64,000 bases of DNA from Cercozoa sp. M6MM (lineage: Eukaryota; Protista; Endomyxa: Ascetosporea). Positions within the stretch are counted from its first letter, which is position 1. Each line of letters begins with the position of its first letter. Made by a program: the position numbers and the translations under genes. The notes under the pieces are model-generated. The model ran no database searches and was not told the DNA's origin. It saw only the letters and a list, made by a program, of their open reading frames with translations. The stretch is taken from assembly GCA_040357565.1 (NCBI GenBank), contig JBDODJ010000005.1; one strand, given 5' to 3'. Shown here piece after piece: positions 39,983-52,906 of this stretch.

Positions 39983-42557
39983 AAGGTGCCAACCTTGACA
40001 GCGTGTGGTCGCAGAAAGTGCGGCAGTGCCGTCTGTCGGAGAGAAACATCGCGCACAATGCCGTCGGCTTCTTGCCTGTGCGTACACATGTGAGTATGTG
40101 TATGTTGTACAGACTCAGAGGCAAGGGAGCAAAAAGAGTGCTGTACGGCGGCACAGGCCAGACGCAAAAATCGCCAGCAACGTCGTGTTCACTCAGTGCA
40201 CCTGTACAAATATAGACGTGCCTACAGTCTCGTCCACATGGACGGGCACTCGCAGTGCAAGTGTACCATGGTGTAGCCAGCGTGCCAGTCGCCAGGCAAA
40301 GGGACGCGCCGTATCGCGCAGTACCTCTTGCAGCGCGCGCTGGATCTCCCTGGGTACAGACGCGGGATAACGTACGGGGGGAGGGGGCAAAAGGAGTAGG
40401 GGACAGTACCCGTCGGCACCGGCGACAGTGGTGTTGATGAAGGCGTGCACCTGCGACAGCAACCGTCCACCAGTGGCGAGATCACCGCCACTGTCACTGT
40501 CACCGTCATCATCTACGTCGTTGTTGTCCCTGTCGTAGCAGCAGTCGTCGATCAGTGACACCAGCACGCGCATCAGTGCGCCAGTGTCACTTCTGCAAAG
40601 CACACACACACCCACGCGCACAATAACAGGGTAGTTCACCCTCACATCCGCGCGGACACCAGCAAGTGTGAGTGTACGCAAAGTAGTGCATCGCCTGCAG
40701 TGACAATGGTCGCTGTGCACAGCGGTGCTGTGTCTCCAACTGCACTGCCAAAGTGTCCACACGACGCAGCTGTCGCTCCAGTGCGCCGCAGAACTGACGT
40801 AAGGGGTAAAGGGGAGAGGTAAAGAGGCGGGAAAGGGGAGAGAGTAAAGATAAAGATACCGCCTGCAGCACCTGGCCCTGCTGACCACGAAACTGCGTCA
40901 CTCGCGCTTCAACAAACACGAAACGTCGCACGCGCGTCACTGCCTCCACTAGCGGTACCTGCCCGGAGTGAAAGTAAAGACGTCAGAGGGCAAAGGGTAA
41001 GGAGAAGTCAGAAGTACCAAGTGCTGCCGCAAGTGACTGCGCGCCCCAGCATCGGCGCGGTTCAGCGAGAGCCACCGTTCGACTATGCACACGTGCTTTC
41101 ACTGCAGACAAGTTTGTTTATGGGGAGGAAAACGGTATTACCAGTGCCACGCACAGTGTCCGACTGCGTGAGGGAAACGCCGTGTCCCATGAGTGTGTAC
41201 AGCAGGTAGTCCACGATCTCTGACTCGCCCTAATCCAACAGAGATAGGGAGAGGTAAAGGGGGTACACAGGGTCAGCTACAGTAACAGTGCCGCCAGCGA
41301 GTGCAGCGACATCAGTGGCATCATCGTCGCACTGCCGCAGCAACTGTTCATCACGTCGCAGCAGACGACTCTGTGTATACACGGGGGGGGGGGGTTAAAG
41401 GAAGGTGATGAGAGTAAGTGAGGCCAGATACCTCGCAGACACGACCGTGTGTCAGTGGTCGGAATGACCACTCACTGTACACCTTGTCCTTGCCCATGGT
41501 CTGTCGTGGGATAAGAGTAACTGAGGGGTAAGCGATAAGACAGAAGTAGGTACAACGAGTCCATCGACAAGGTCGGTGACGGCCGGCATGAGCAGCACGC
41601 GGCCGGCGGCAGTGGCCACGAGCCACAGCGGCGTCGTCATCGTTGCCGTTGTAGCCACCTCCAGTCGCACGCTGCTGTCGTATTTGATCGGCGGAACTTC
41701 TGCCACACCGACACACACACACACATACATATACACACACACACATACAGATATACACATATACACATAAGCATACACATGTCTTCATACCAGACTGATC
41801 ATCAGTCATGCCAGAGAAACCCGAAAGAGCGTCCTGCTGCGGCACTCGTAGTATCAGTCGCAACGCATGCTCCCTCCGCGCGGACAGAGTCACTGCACGT
41901 GTGCCTGGTGACTGCTCCACTACTCAGGGGACACACCTTGTATCTAACACGCGTACGAACTAAACACATGAGGAAACTGCCTACACAAGTACGGCGGATT
42001 CCGGGGTGCCTCTGCCAACCACAGACGACCGAAACACAGACTGATTTCGGCACCTGGCACACAGGTTTTGCTGTCGCTTCTGCTGTAGACCAACTGCAGA
42101 ACAGTTGCACACACAAACACGTACAGTTGTCTGCATAGAAAAGAAGAGAAGTCAAAGCAAGCGGTCGTTCTACTCGAACAGCGGCAGCAGGCGCCACGCC
42201 GCAAAACAATTCGTTTTCGTGCACGAACACAGCCTTCTCGCCTTCTTCTTCAACACAGCAAAGTAAAGGAATAAAGAAAGGCTGAAAGGAACAGAAAAAA
42301 ACAAAAGCACCGCCCAATCGCAGCGAAAGTAACGACTCGAAGCAAAGGAATTGCGCCTCGGTGAACAAGCTAAACTCTGGTCGCGTCTCCTCCCTCCCAA
42401 AGCCGCGAACTTGTGCTACACAAACACAGCACACTAATGATTTGTGTAAAGCAACAAAGAAAGAGAGAAAATGCACTGCTACCTTTGGCAGTGGCGGCAG
42501 CAGCAGCACGCGGTGACGAGTCGTGCAACGTGCGTCGAGCACGTCGCGGCGTCTCAT
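37897..42557 (-). CDS. Gamma-tubulin complex component (Spc97/Spc98/GCP family) with N-terminal extension
   Basis: ESEIVDYLLYTLMG, GGRLLSQV, ARPFAWRLARWLHHGTL, LGSSDLFDELF, SGWDALSLHAHVAFPLELLL...YETVFRTLLRMR, LRSEMHSTVTALLRY..VD, LLHAH. These match GRIP1/GRIP2 motifs. The start is uncertain. Confidence 0.8.
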
Positions 42558-42794
42558 CTGCTTCCTCGTGCTCGTGCCGAAAACGACGGTACTGATGCGA
42601 GGTACTCACAGTGTGACTGCGAGTCACACGCGGCAAGACTATTTCGCCTGAAAACTGATCACAGCGCTGACTTGTCCGCGCGGAGCTGGCCGAGCTACGT
42701 GCCCGTATCGACCTGAAAGCAGAAGCAATTAAATCTGCTAGACTCGGCAGAATCACGACTGCAGTTGTACCGAAGCGAGTCAATCCCACGTGTA

Positions 42795-45605
42795 ATGGCT
42801 TCATCGTCAAAGTCATCGTTCATGGGTTCCGACATTCTTCAGTGCGTGTGACTTGCGTTTTCGTGCGCGCGGCCCAGTCACCGCCAGTTGAGAAAGCGCC
42901 ACAATGTGAATGTGAGAGATTTGCACAGCACCAAACAGATGGCGCTGCAGAACCTCAGATCTTTTTGACCACTATTCGGTGCACTGCACAACACACAGAG
43001 ATATGCACGAACAGGCTTGTTTTAATTTGATCAACGCAGCGGAGCGCTGAAATACTTTATTTTGATGACCTCTGCCTAAAATATTGTACCCTTTTAAACG
43101 TGAGCATAACGGCAGACGGACTCGGCAGCCGCACAGCTGCAGCAAACCAAGGTCTGTTTGAGTGCACATTTCACTTGTTCTGCACAGGTTGTGCTAAGAT
43201 CTTGCGAGCCGATCCTGGCTTCAGTCTTTGCTGAGCAAGGGCGAACAATCAATCAGTGAGTCAAAGCAATCTTGAGCAACTCGTTTGTGCACGCTAGTTG
43301 TGTATTAACTTCACTTTCATGGGCGCGTGCGGCGACTGGACAGGTACCGATTGCATTGGCACGTGCGTGGGTCACCCGACCCGAGCCCTTCGTCTGTGTT
43401 TTTGTATTTTGTGACTGTCCAGGCTGCGCCTGCGCCGTCGGCGACTTCCACGACGATGAAAACCTCACAAGCGTCAAGAAGCGCGGCCGTCACTGCACGG
43501 ACTTGCCGTTTCTGGCGGCGTTCGTGATGCTGTGGGTGGCGATGTTCGCCGTGCTCGGCCTCGCCATCGATAAGGGCGGCGACCCGCAGAAGCTGCTTCG
43601 CGCTGTTGACAACACTGGTGTGTCTGCCTGCCTGCGCCTCTGCTTGTGCTTGCACTTGCATGTGTATACTTGGTGGATAGTATGACACTGATTGGAATTG
43701 GGTGTGTGCAGGCCGCATCTGTGGTGTGTCAAAGGACGTCGAGCACCTCAAGTACGGCGCGTGGCCGGACCTGATGGAGCCGGACTTCAAGGTGTGCGTC
43801 GACTCCTGCAACGACACGACGGGTGGCAACCCCGACTCGAACTTCCGCTCGGGCTTCACGGGCTTTGTCGGCTACAAGAGCATCGGCTTTGCAGGCGCGT
43901 ATTGCCTGCCGGACGTGAGCGACCCGGACAACCAGGTCGGCAACATTGAGATGCCCGAGCACTTCAACGACGCGTCGCAGGTGCTGCAGCGCTACGTGAG
44001 CGACGTGCAGGAGGCCTGGTGGGTCATTGTGGCCTCGGGTTTCATTGCCATGGTATTGCCTTGCTCTCTCTACCCTGCCCTACCTTTTCGCTACCTTACC
44101 TTCACGCGCAATGTTTCGAGTAGTTCCTGGCCTTCTTCTTCGTGTTCCTGGCCAAGAGCTTTGCCGGCTGCCTGGTCTGGTCGTCGATCCTGCTGATCCT
44201 GGCCGGTTTCGCCATGGCCACCATCGTGCTGTTCCAGGAGTACGATGAGGTGAAGAACGACTCCAACCCCGACACACAGCGTGAGAAGGTACCTTGCCCT
44301 TCTAGCTGCCCTACATGTGTGTGTATCCCCCTTTACCCTCCCCCGCCCCTTGGATAGGCTCTGCTGGGCCTGGCTGTGACGTCGGGTGTCTGCACGCTGC
44401 TGTTCTTTGTGTTCCTGGTGCTGATCCGCAAGCGCATCCGTATCGCGATCGAGGTGGTGCGTGAGACGAGCAAGGCACTGCTGGACATGAAGCACCTCGT
44501 GCTGTTCCCAATGCTGCCCTTCCTGGTGCTCGGTCTCTTCATCGTCATGTTCGTCTACTCGCTGCTGTACCTGTTCTCGGTGCAAAACGAGACCTCCAAG
44601 GAGATGTCCGACTACCTCAAGAACGCCGGCTACGAGACGCCGGCCTGGAAGAACGTGCCGGCCGGTCACTACGTCGATCAGTGCGTTTCTCCCTTTGCCT
44701 TCTCTCCCACTGACCATTGCCCTAACCCAACGGTCTGATGGAGGTCTGTGTGTGCAGGGAGTGGGACCGCTCGCTGTCGAACCACCTGTGGCTGTGTCTG
44801 TTCGGCTTCTTCTGGGTGACACAGTTCATCCGCTTCTTCACATACTCGGCCATGGCGGGTGCCGTGGCCGACTGGTACTTCACGCCCTACGAGAACGAGC
44901 GCAAGCGCGTGTCGTCGCCGCTGCTCGGTTCGATCAAGCGCCTGGTGCGCTACCACCTTGGCACGATCGCGTTCGGCTCGATGCTGATCGCCATCGTGCA
45001 GACCATTCGCGCCTTTGTCGAGTACTGCCGCCAGCAGCAGAAGGCGGCCGAGGCACGCGACCAGCGCGTGATCGCGGCCATCTTCACGTGCGCGCAGTGC
45101 TGCCTCAAGTGCGTGCAGTGCTGCCTGGAGCGCTTCACCAAGAACGCCTTCGTGTTTAATGCCGTGTATGGCGCGCCCTTCTGCTCGTCGGGCGTCGAGG
45201 CTTTCAAGCTCGTTTGGGCCAATCTGATCCGCACGGCCGCCGTGCATTTCGTCACCGACTACATTGCCTTCATCGGCCACGTGTTCGTGTCGATCTTCAC
45301 GGCCGGTCTGGCCGGCCTCATTATCAGCAAGTCCTCGGTGCGCGACAACATCACGTCGATCTTTGCGCCGACCCTGCTGTGCTTCTTCATCGGCTATGCC
45401 GTCTCGCAGCTCTTCATGGTGATCTTCGAGACCGTCGTCGACACCATCTTCGTGTGCTTCCTCATCGATGAGCGCGAGAACAAGAAGAGCGGCACAATGC
45501 TCGCGTCGCCCACGCTCGTCGCGCTCGTCGACTCGCACGCCGCCGAGTCCAAGGAGCAGGCGCGTCTCATGAAGGTACTGCCTTGTCTGTCTGTCGCGCG
45601 CGCGC

Positions 45606-45653
<48 letters not shown>

Positions 45654-45762
45654 TCGTTGCCGTGTGCCCACCCTGCAGGACGACGACGAGTTCGAGGCCG
45701 ATTGCTCGCGCATGGGCGTCGACAGCGGCAAGGGCGACTACGCCGACGGTCGTCGTGTCTAA
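42795..45762 (+). CDS. Choline transporter-like protein (CTL/SLC44 family)
   Basis: RHCTDLPFL, DNTG|RICG, RKRIRIAI, AGAVADWYF, RYHLGTIAFGS, CCLKC..CCLERFTKNAF, YGAPFCSS, VDTIFVCFLID. First exon inferred. Confidence 0.93.
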
Positions 45763-45993
45763 GCGAAACTAAAACTAAAACGTCCTGTTCGCTCATTCTG
45801 CTGACGTTCGACGTCTGTCGCTCGCGCGACGACGTACAGTCGAGCTTATTTCGGTAGCACTAGTGCACTAGTCGTAATGCACTGTGCCAGTGAGGCGAAT
45901 AAGCTTAAATCGATCGAACTGCGCACGGCATGCGATGACGTATTCCGTTGGACGCAGATTTGCATTTAGTTGGGCCGCGCTTGCGAGGCCAGG

Positions 45994-48900
45994 CTATCTG
46001 ACAGCACTTTCTCGTTCTCGTCGAAAGCCGCGAGCGGGCGACTCGACGGAACTGCGGCTGTCCGTGGACGCGGAGGAGGACTGCGACTCGGCGATGCTGT
46101 GCAGTGGCGAGGCCGACGGCGTGCCACTGCCAGTTCGGTGCGACGCCGACGCCGAGCGCAGGCGTTCGGCATCCTCGCGCATCTCCTTGTCAAACGACGT
46201 CATCCACTAAAGGGTAGGGAGACAGTAAGACATTAATAACAGGAGGTGGTGTCGGGGGCAACATGGAGGTAACGGGGTAAAGACACAGGGCGCACTCCTT
46301 ATACCGGGTGTTGCAACAATGTGGCCGCGTCAGGTCGCTGCGCCGGTCGAAGCTCGAGACACTTGTCCAGGAAATCGAGCGCCTCTCTTGACAGCTCTGT
46401 TCGGTATTCTATACACAAGGACACATACACATATATACATACCATACAAAGCACACAAACAGAGGTTGTACCATCACTCAGTTTCGGTGCCTTTTCGGTT
46501 TGTCCAATGTGGTACAATGCCCTGTAGAAGACGTCTCGGAATAACAAGGATAGGAAGATGGAAAAACAGCTCACGTTAGAGGGTTCTGGAAGTCCTGCTG
46601 CCACCACGGTGGTCGTCCAGATAGCATCTCCAGCACGCAGCACCCGACCGACCAAACATCGACCCTTCGGTCGTACCGATGGTCACCACGCAGTACCTGG
46701 AGGACGAGTAAGTGGGATACCAAGGTTGGTGCATAGGGTGATTAAAGAAGGTACCTCGGGAGCCACATAGATGGGCGTGTAGGCAAAACCTACTGACGGT
46801 GCCTCACTGCTCAAAATGTCCTACAGAGAATACCAGTCAGTGTACACCCTCTTCGACCTCTATCTATCACACACTAGGTACCATGAGTTGTTTAGCACTG
46901 CCAAAATCGGCGAGTTTCAGGTCGCCCTCTGTGTTGATCAGCAGGTTCTGCGGCTTAATGTCACGGTCTATGGAGGGGAACAAGAAGGTATCGGGAGGCA
47001 GTAACATGAAGAGACAGAAGTAAACATACGAACGATGTGGTGCTCGTGCAGAAAGGCAACGGCTTTAAGCAACTGATGCGTGAAGGCTTGAGCGCTGCTT
47101 TCGCTCAGTCGGCCGAACGACTTTATCATTTCTAGGCAAGGTAATACGGAGGTAAAAATGGGCCAGACAGAGTACAGGAAGGTGCCTACCACTGAGACTA
47201 CGACCGGCGACGTACTCCATGATTATGAAGAGCTTTCTCGACGTCGATTCAAAGCCGTACAGTTTGACCTATGCCATGCCAGAGGGGGTAACCGTACAGG
47301 GAGACGGAAGGGGGCAAAACACACAATGTTGGGATGCCGCAATCGCTGCATGAGCGCCAGTTCCGTTTGTAGCGCGCGTTGAGCGTCGCCACTCCGCAGC
47401 GGCAGTTGTTTCACCGCCAGCAACTCGCCCGTGTCCTCGTCCATCGCCAGGAACACCTATTTACACGGAAAGGTACCAATGTTGGGTCACGGGGAGCACA
47501 GGGGGAGCACAGCTACCTTGCCAGCAGCACCCTTGCCGATGAGCTCGCCGCGTCTCCAGCGAATGCGTGTGCCATCCTGCGGGGGGGGGGGTAAAGGTGT
47601 AAAGGAGGTGAAGAAATACAAGGTATACCTGCGCCAGAGGCGACATGTCGCCCAGCGCCGACCACTCGCTAAGTTTGCGCCGGTGCACTGGCCGCGCGGA
47701 CGTTGACGAACGTGCCGCCGACGCCGCGCGCGTCCGTGACCGCGTACGCGATGACCTGGAAGCAGACAGAGTAAGGAAAAACAATGGGATAAGGGCAAGT
47801 GCGTAATAGGGGCAAGGGCGTAAGGGAGAAGGGTGAGTAATACACAGGCGTATTGCCGACCGAGCGCGACGAACGCAGTCCTGGTGGAGTCACCGGGGGC
47901 GGCGACACGCGCAGATTGAAGGGGGTCTATCACACACATATATGTGCATATACATATGTATACCTGTCTGCCCCCCCCCCCCCCCAAAGCAACAAAGAGA
48001 CACACAATGCGAGTGGCTGGTCGTCGCGCCAGTTGACTCGACGGCAGTTGCGCACACAACGAGCAGCAAAGCTGGCACGCACACAGAAGGGTAGGAGGTA
48101 GGTTAGGAGGTAGGGAGGGGCAATAGGGGGTCAGGTGTGGGCGTAGGAGACAAGGTACATCGTTGTTGCGCAGGGTCTGCACGGAGTCGGCATGGCAGAA
48201 GGCGCACCTGGCACACGCCTTGTGCACGCGCCGGCCGCACAAGCAGATGACATCGTCCTCTTGACTGCGCAGCTGCTGCCGCGTGAAGGAGCGGCCGCAC
48301 ACGTCGCAGGCGACGTCACAGGCACTCGCGTTGACCAGTGCCAGCGACTCGCACTGCCGGCAGTACAGCAGGCCGCCGATGCTGCCGAACTCGCGCTCGA
48401 TGAGCGAGTGGTGGCACCGCGTGCACTGGAGGCACGCCTCGTGGTACCGCGACTCGCGCCACAGGCAGCACTTCTGCTGCCGCTCTATCACCTCGCCGCA
48501 CGAGGCACAACGCGCCGACACTGCCTTCTGGTAGCACTTCTCGCACCACGTCCTGCGGTACAAGGGGGTGCAAGGGTAGGGAGGGAGGGCAGAGGGAAGG
48601 CAGAGCACTCACCGCTTGCGTAGCCACCGGTAACGGCCGACGACGCCCTGCGACAGGTCGGAGAAGAGCGAGTCGTGACAACACGCGCACCGGAAGCACG
48701 AGGCGCAGTACACTATGGGCGTCTGCTCCTTGCCGCGAGTTAGTGTCAGGAATCTCTCTGGGGGGGGGGGGGGCAGTGGGTAGGAGTAAAGAGTGTGCAG
48801 GAGGGTAATATACACGTGGATACCCTTGTCACTATCTGTTTCGCCCTTGCCGCAACGTTCGCACAGAAAGCCTGTCCGCATGTACAAGGGGATAAAGGGT

Positions 48901-49963
48901 AAAGGTGTAAAGAGGTAAGCGAGAAGAGGCAGGAAGGTACAGTTGACACAGATGACGATGCCCTTGCCCATGTCGTAGTAGTCACTGCAGGGCAGTGTGC
49001 ACGCAGTGCAGATACGCGCGTTCGGTGCTGCATTAGGGAGTGCATGTAGAGGGATAATAGTGGGGTAAGGGGCCAAACTACCATGCTTCGAACAGTAGAG
49101 CTTGTCGTCGGCTATGACGAACTGCTCAAGCGAGTCGTCGCAATCCTCGGCGACACATGTGAAGCACGCGCGGTGGAAGTGCATGTCGTTCACTTCACAT
49201 ACACACACATACACACATATATATATATACACACGGGAGGGTAGCAGGAAGATAAAGAAGGGAGGTAACATAGGGTCGGACTAGGGAATATGGTGCTACC
49301 TCTGGGATGCCTGGAATCGAGGATGAGCCGCTGACACCTGTGACACCGCGGAGAGTATCGCTGCTGCCAGTGTGGTTCGCAGTACACCTGCAGTTGCTGC
49401 GTCCGCGCGGACTCTTGTTTTGACGCCGGTGGCAGCAAGAAACGCTCGCCCAGGAGTGACTTGTGACAGCCAGGGTCGTTGCACACAAAACAAGCCGCAT
49501 GCAGGTGCACATTGCGCGTGCTGCCCGATCGCTCGCGTATCTGCACCGTCACGGTCTGATCCTCACAGTCGTCAGTGCTGCCGCCGCACACAGCGCATCC
49601 GCGCGGACTGTAGTTCTCCTCTGACTGACCGCGCGGACTGTCTCGTTGATCCAACTCCGACTTGAGTGGCGACGCCGGTCGCATCGAGCGTGGTCGCGTC
49701 TGAGTTGGCAACTGCGCTCGCGGCTCGGTCACGCCGGTCAGCGGCGCCGCAGCAGTCACCGACAGGTCCGACTCAGCAGAGAACAGACTGGAGGGAACTG
49801 GAACCGGAGCCGGAACGAGTGGAGCTGGAGTCGCGGCAGCTGCTGCAGCTTTCGAGCCACCACGCGGACGCGACGGCGACCTCAAAATCTGTGGTCGGCG
49901 CGGCAGAGGCGACGACACTGGTGACTGCCGGCCCGACAGCAACGAACTGCGACCCAGACTCAT
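45994..49963 (-). CDS. Protein with about 5 LIM domains and a C-terminal STE11/MEKK-like Ser/Thr kinase
   Basis: LIM patterns (CAVC..HAACFVC..C..YCEPH; CHRC..HRACFTC..C..YCSKH; [20 protein letters not shown]). Kinase motifs: [54 protein letters not shown]. Confidence 0.9.
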
Positions 49964-50384
49964 CACGAAACCGCGACCCAGACTCTGTCCTCCCTCCAGA
50001 CCCGTCAAACAGAAAGCTGTACGCTGACGACCTTGTGGAGTGACCGCCCGCCCACTCTGCAATCAATCAGCAAAACGTGCCTGATCACGTGCTGTGCAGG
50101 GTGCAAAAACCCGTGCACGATCTGCACGACGTTAAGCGGTCCCTTTATCCACCTGCGGCGCTTCTCAAAGCTCTGCCGGAGCAGCGATGTCGAAAAATCT
50201 GAGCCCTTAATTACAAAACTGTTAATCTCTCAGCTTCGCCCACTGTCCTGTTTCCGCTGCTCTCGCAGTCTTTGGTACTGTGCGTTTACCATCAGCCGAC
50301 GTCCGCGTACGCTTATAACTTCAGGCAATCTCATGTTTTCCCCGATTGTTTTACTTTTTCTTTGAAAGTGAGGGCACCGCACAC

Positions 50385-51557
50385 ATGGCTGACGATTACC
50401 AAGCTGAGCTCACGCGGTACACGCGAGCTCTAGCTTTGAATGTGTTTTCTTTCTATTGTCTCAAGTTGCCTCAATGAATCTCTGTAGACTGGAGAAGGCC
50501 GCCGCTGCCGCACTGGACGAACTGAGCGGCCCACTGCCGGAGCGGTCAGACGCACTCACCGATAGCCATGGTATCTGATGACTTGCGCAAGCAGAAGCAT
50601 TCCATTCAAAGGGAGAGAAAGAGAGGGGCTTTCCTTTGCGTGCAGCGAATGTCGACCTGCTGGGCCAGGTGGGCGACTTGTTCTCGCACCACGCCACGCG
50701 CTTCGCCGTGACGTCGCAGTCAGGCGTCGGTGAAGCCGTCCGGGACAGCGTGGCGCAGCTGTGCCTGCACTGCAAGGTGCTCACAACGATGACGCGCACC
50801 GTGGCCTCACTGAGCGTGCAATCGCGACAGACAGACCTGCTGACTGGCGCCAGGAAGACTCTGCGAGCACTGCTGGCGGTCATCCAGGCCGTGCGCACGT
50901 GCGACAGGAACGACAAGAGTCTGCCGAACCAGGAGATGGGCAAGCTTTTCGAGTCAGTCAAGTCGCTTAAGGCCGTGGCACCCAACAACGTCACGTCCAC
51001 CTGGAAGGCACTCACGAAACTGATCGCCTTGCTGCGTGACGCGCAGTCCGAGATGCACCAGACCATCCGGGAGGCCGACTCCTCGCAGCAGGAGGCCGAC
51101 AGTGTCGAACAGATGCGGAACTCGCTGCGCGCACTCGGTATCTCGGTGCAGCTCGTCAAGCACGTCATTCTCTTCGTGCAGAAGCTGCGCAATGCTGGTG
51201 CGTCTTAACTTTTCCCATTTCTTATTATCCTTGCCTTCTATGCATTTCTGTCCTTCAGAGAATCCCGTGGAGGCTCAGGTGGAGTGGCAAGACGCCGTGC
51301 TCGCAAGCGCACGTGCACTGTCACCAGCGGTCGATGACACCGTTGCCGCCTGGGACGACGAGGACGTCGATGCCGCGCGTGAGAGCACCCGGTCGGTCGT
51401 GGCGGCTGCGCGGGTGCTGTTGAACACCCTAGCCGACAGCGAGTACTGGCTGCAGCGGCCACTCACCGGCAAGACCTCGAGTCACGAGGCCTGGCAGCGA
51501 CTCCTGAACGATATTCTCGATGAAGTGCACGAGCGCTCGCTCTCAGTCGGTCTATAG
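50385..51557 (+). CDS. CCNDBP1: Cyclin-D1-binding protein 1 (GCIP) family
   Basis: SHHATRFAV, GKLFESVKSL..VAPNN...LLRDAQSEM, LSPAVDD; 3 introns. Confidence 0.7.
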
Positions 51558-52018
51558 TGGGTCTGCTGTAATAAGAAACCACGTACTAAGACGGGTACTG
51601 TGACGTTAGTTACTCTTTTTGCCCACTTTAAGTCACACCAGCATTTTGTACGTGGGCGTGGTTAAAGCAAATTAGTGGCATCAGTAGTGTTTGACCCTGC
51701 TGATAGCGTATCGAACCGAACTTCCTTCGTCGCGTTAGTCGTTTTTTTTTTAAAGATACATTAAAAGTCCTAATATGTATCCGATCGGTCGGCCTTCAGT
51801 CGTTTCCTCGCGGACAATCGACTTCGTACTTTGTGACTGATGGCAGAGAAAATTAACCTGCGAGGTTTAAACAACCGTCTGTAATCTTTTGCACCCCGTG
51901 TTCCCAATGGTAAGGATCCCCTGGGATGGCACTGAATCTTTGCTTAGGGCTTGGCAAAAGGAAGTTGCTTTCAGTTTCAGTCGAAAATTGCCCATAGACT
52001 GCATTGTTTTCTCCAGGA

Positions 52019-52858
52019 ATGAGGCCGAGGTCTGTTTTTCGACAATGGACTCTCAGCGAGCAGGTCAATGCCGGGCACCAAGAAGAGCCAACTGGCCACA
52101 GAAACACGCAACCGACTGAGGTTGCGGTGCTTTTCGTCGTCGCAACACTCGTGCTGGGTGCGCTGATGAAGACTTGTCTCTCGTCGTCGAAGAAGTTTAA
52201 AATGCTACCGTACACGGTTGTTCTGCTCGTCTGCGGCATGTTGGCCGGTGTCATATCTGACGCCTTTCGCGGGAACAGCGATAGCAAGGGTGCTGTCAGG
52301 CTTGCTGAATCCTTCGACCCGCATCTGCTGCTATATATATTCATTCCTGCGCTAATCTTCGAGTCAAGTTTTGCGACAAGCTTCCATGTGTTACGTCGCG
52401 AGTTCGGATCGGCGGTGTTACTCGCAGGCCCTGGTGTCCTCGTGAACTCGGTCCTGACAGCAGCATTGTTTTCAACCTTCTCATACGGCTGGTCGTGGTC
52501 GGAAGCCTGGCTTGCCGCCGCGATCATTTCTGCCACCGATCCCGTGGCAGTAGTCGCCTTGCTTCGAGAGCTCGGAGCGTCCAAGCGACTTGCAACTCTA
52601 ATCGAAGCAGAAAGCTTGCTTAACGACGGAACTGCGTTTGTGCTGTATACGATTCTTCTTGAAATCGTCACTGGGCGCGAAGGTGCGTCGTTCGGCACTG
52701 TTGTCGGCACCTTTTGTCGGCTGACCATTGGGGGTGTCTCACTCGGCATAACCCTGGGGTTGTTGACTGTCTACTGGCTAATTCACGTTTTCAGCAACTT
52801 TGCGGTGGAAACCGTTATCACGCTGTCGGCAGCATACGCCGCTTTCTACCTCGCCGAG

Positions 52859-52906
<48 letters not shown>

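Noticed and set aside
44678-45796. Long antisense ORFs over CTL and other genes
   Set aside because: Shadow ORFs caused by high GC3 codon usage of the real gene on the opposite strand.
45859-45872. 14-bp palindrome ACTAGTGCACTAGT
   Set aside because: Several of this length are expected by chance in 64 kb.
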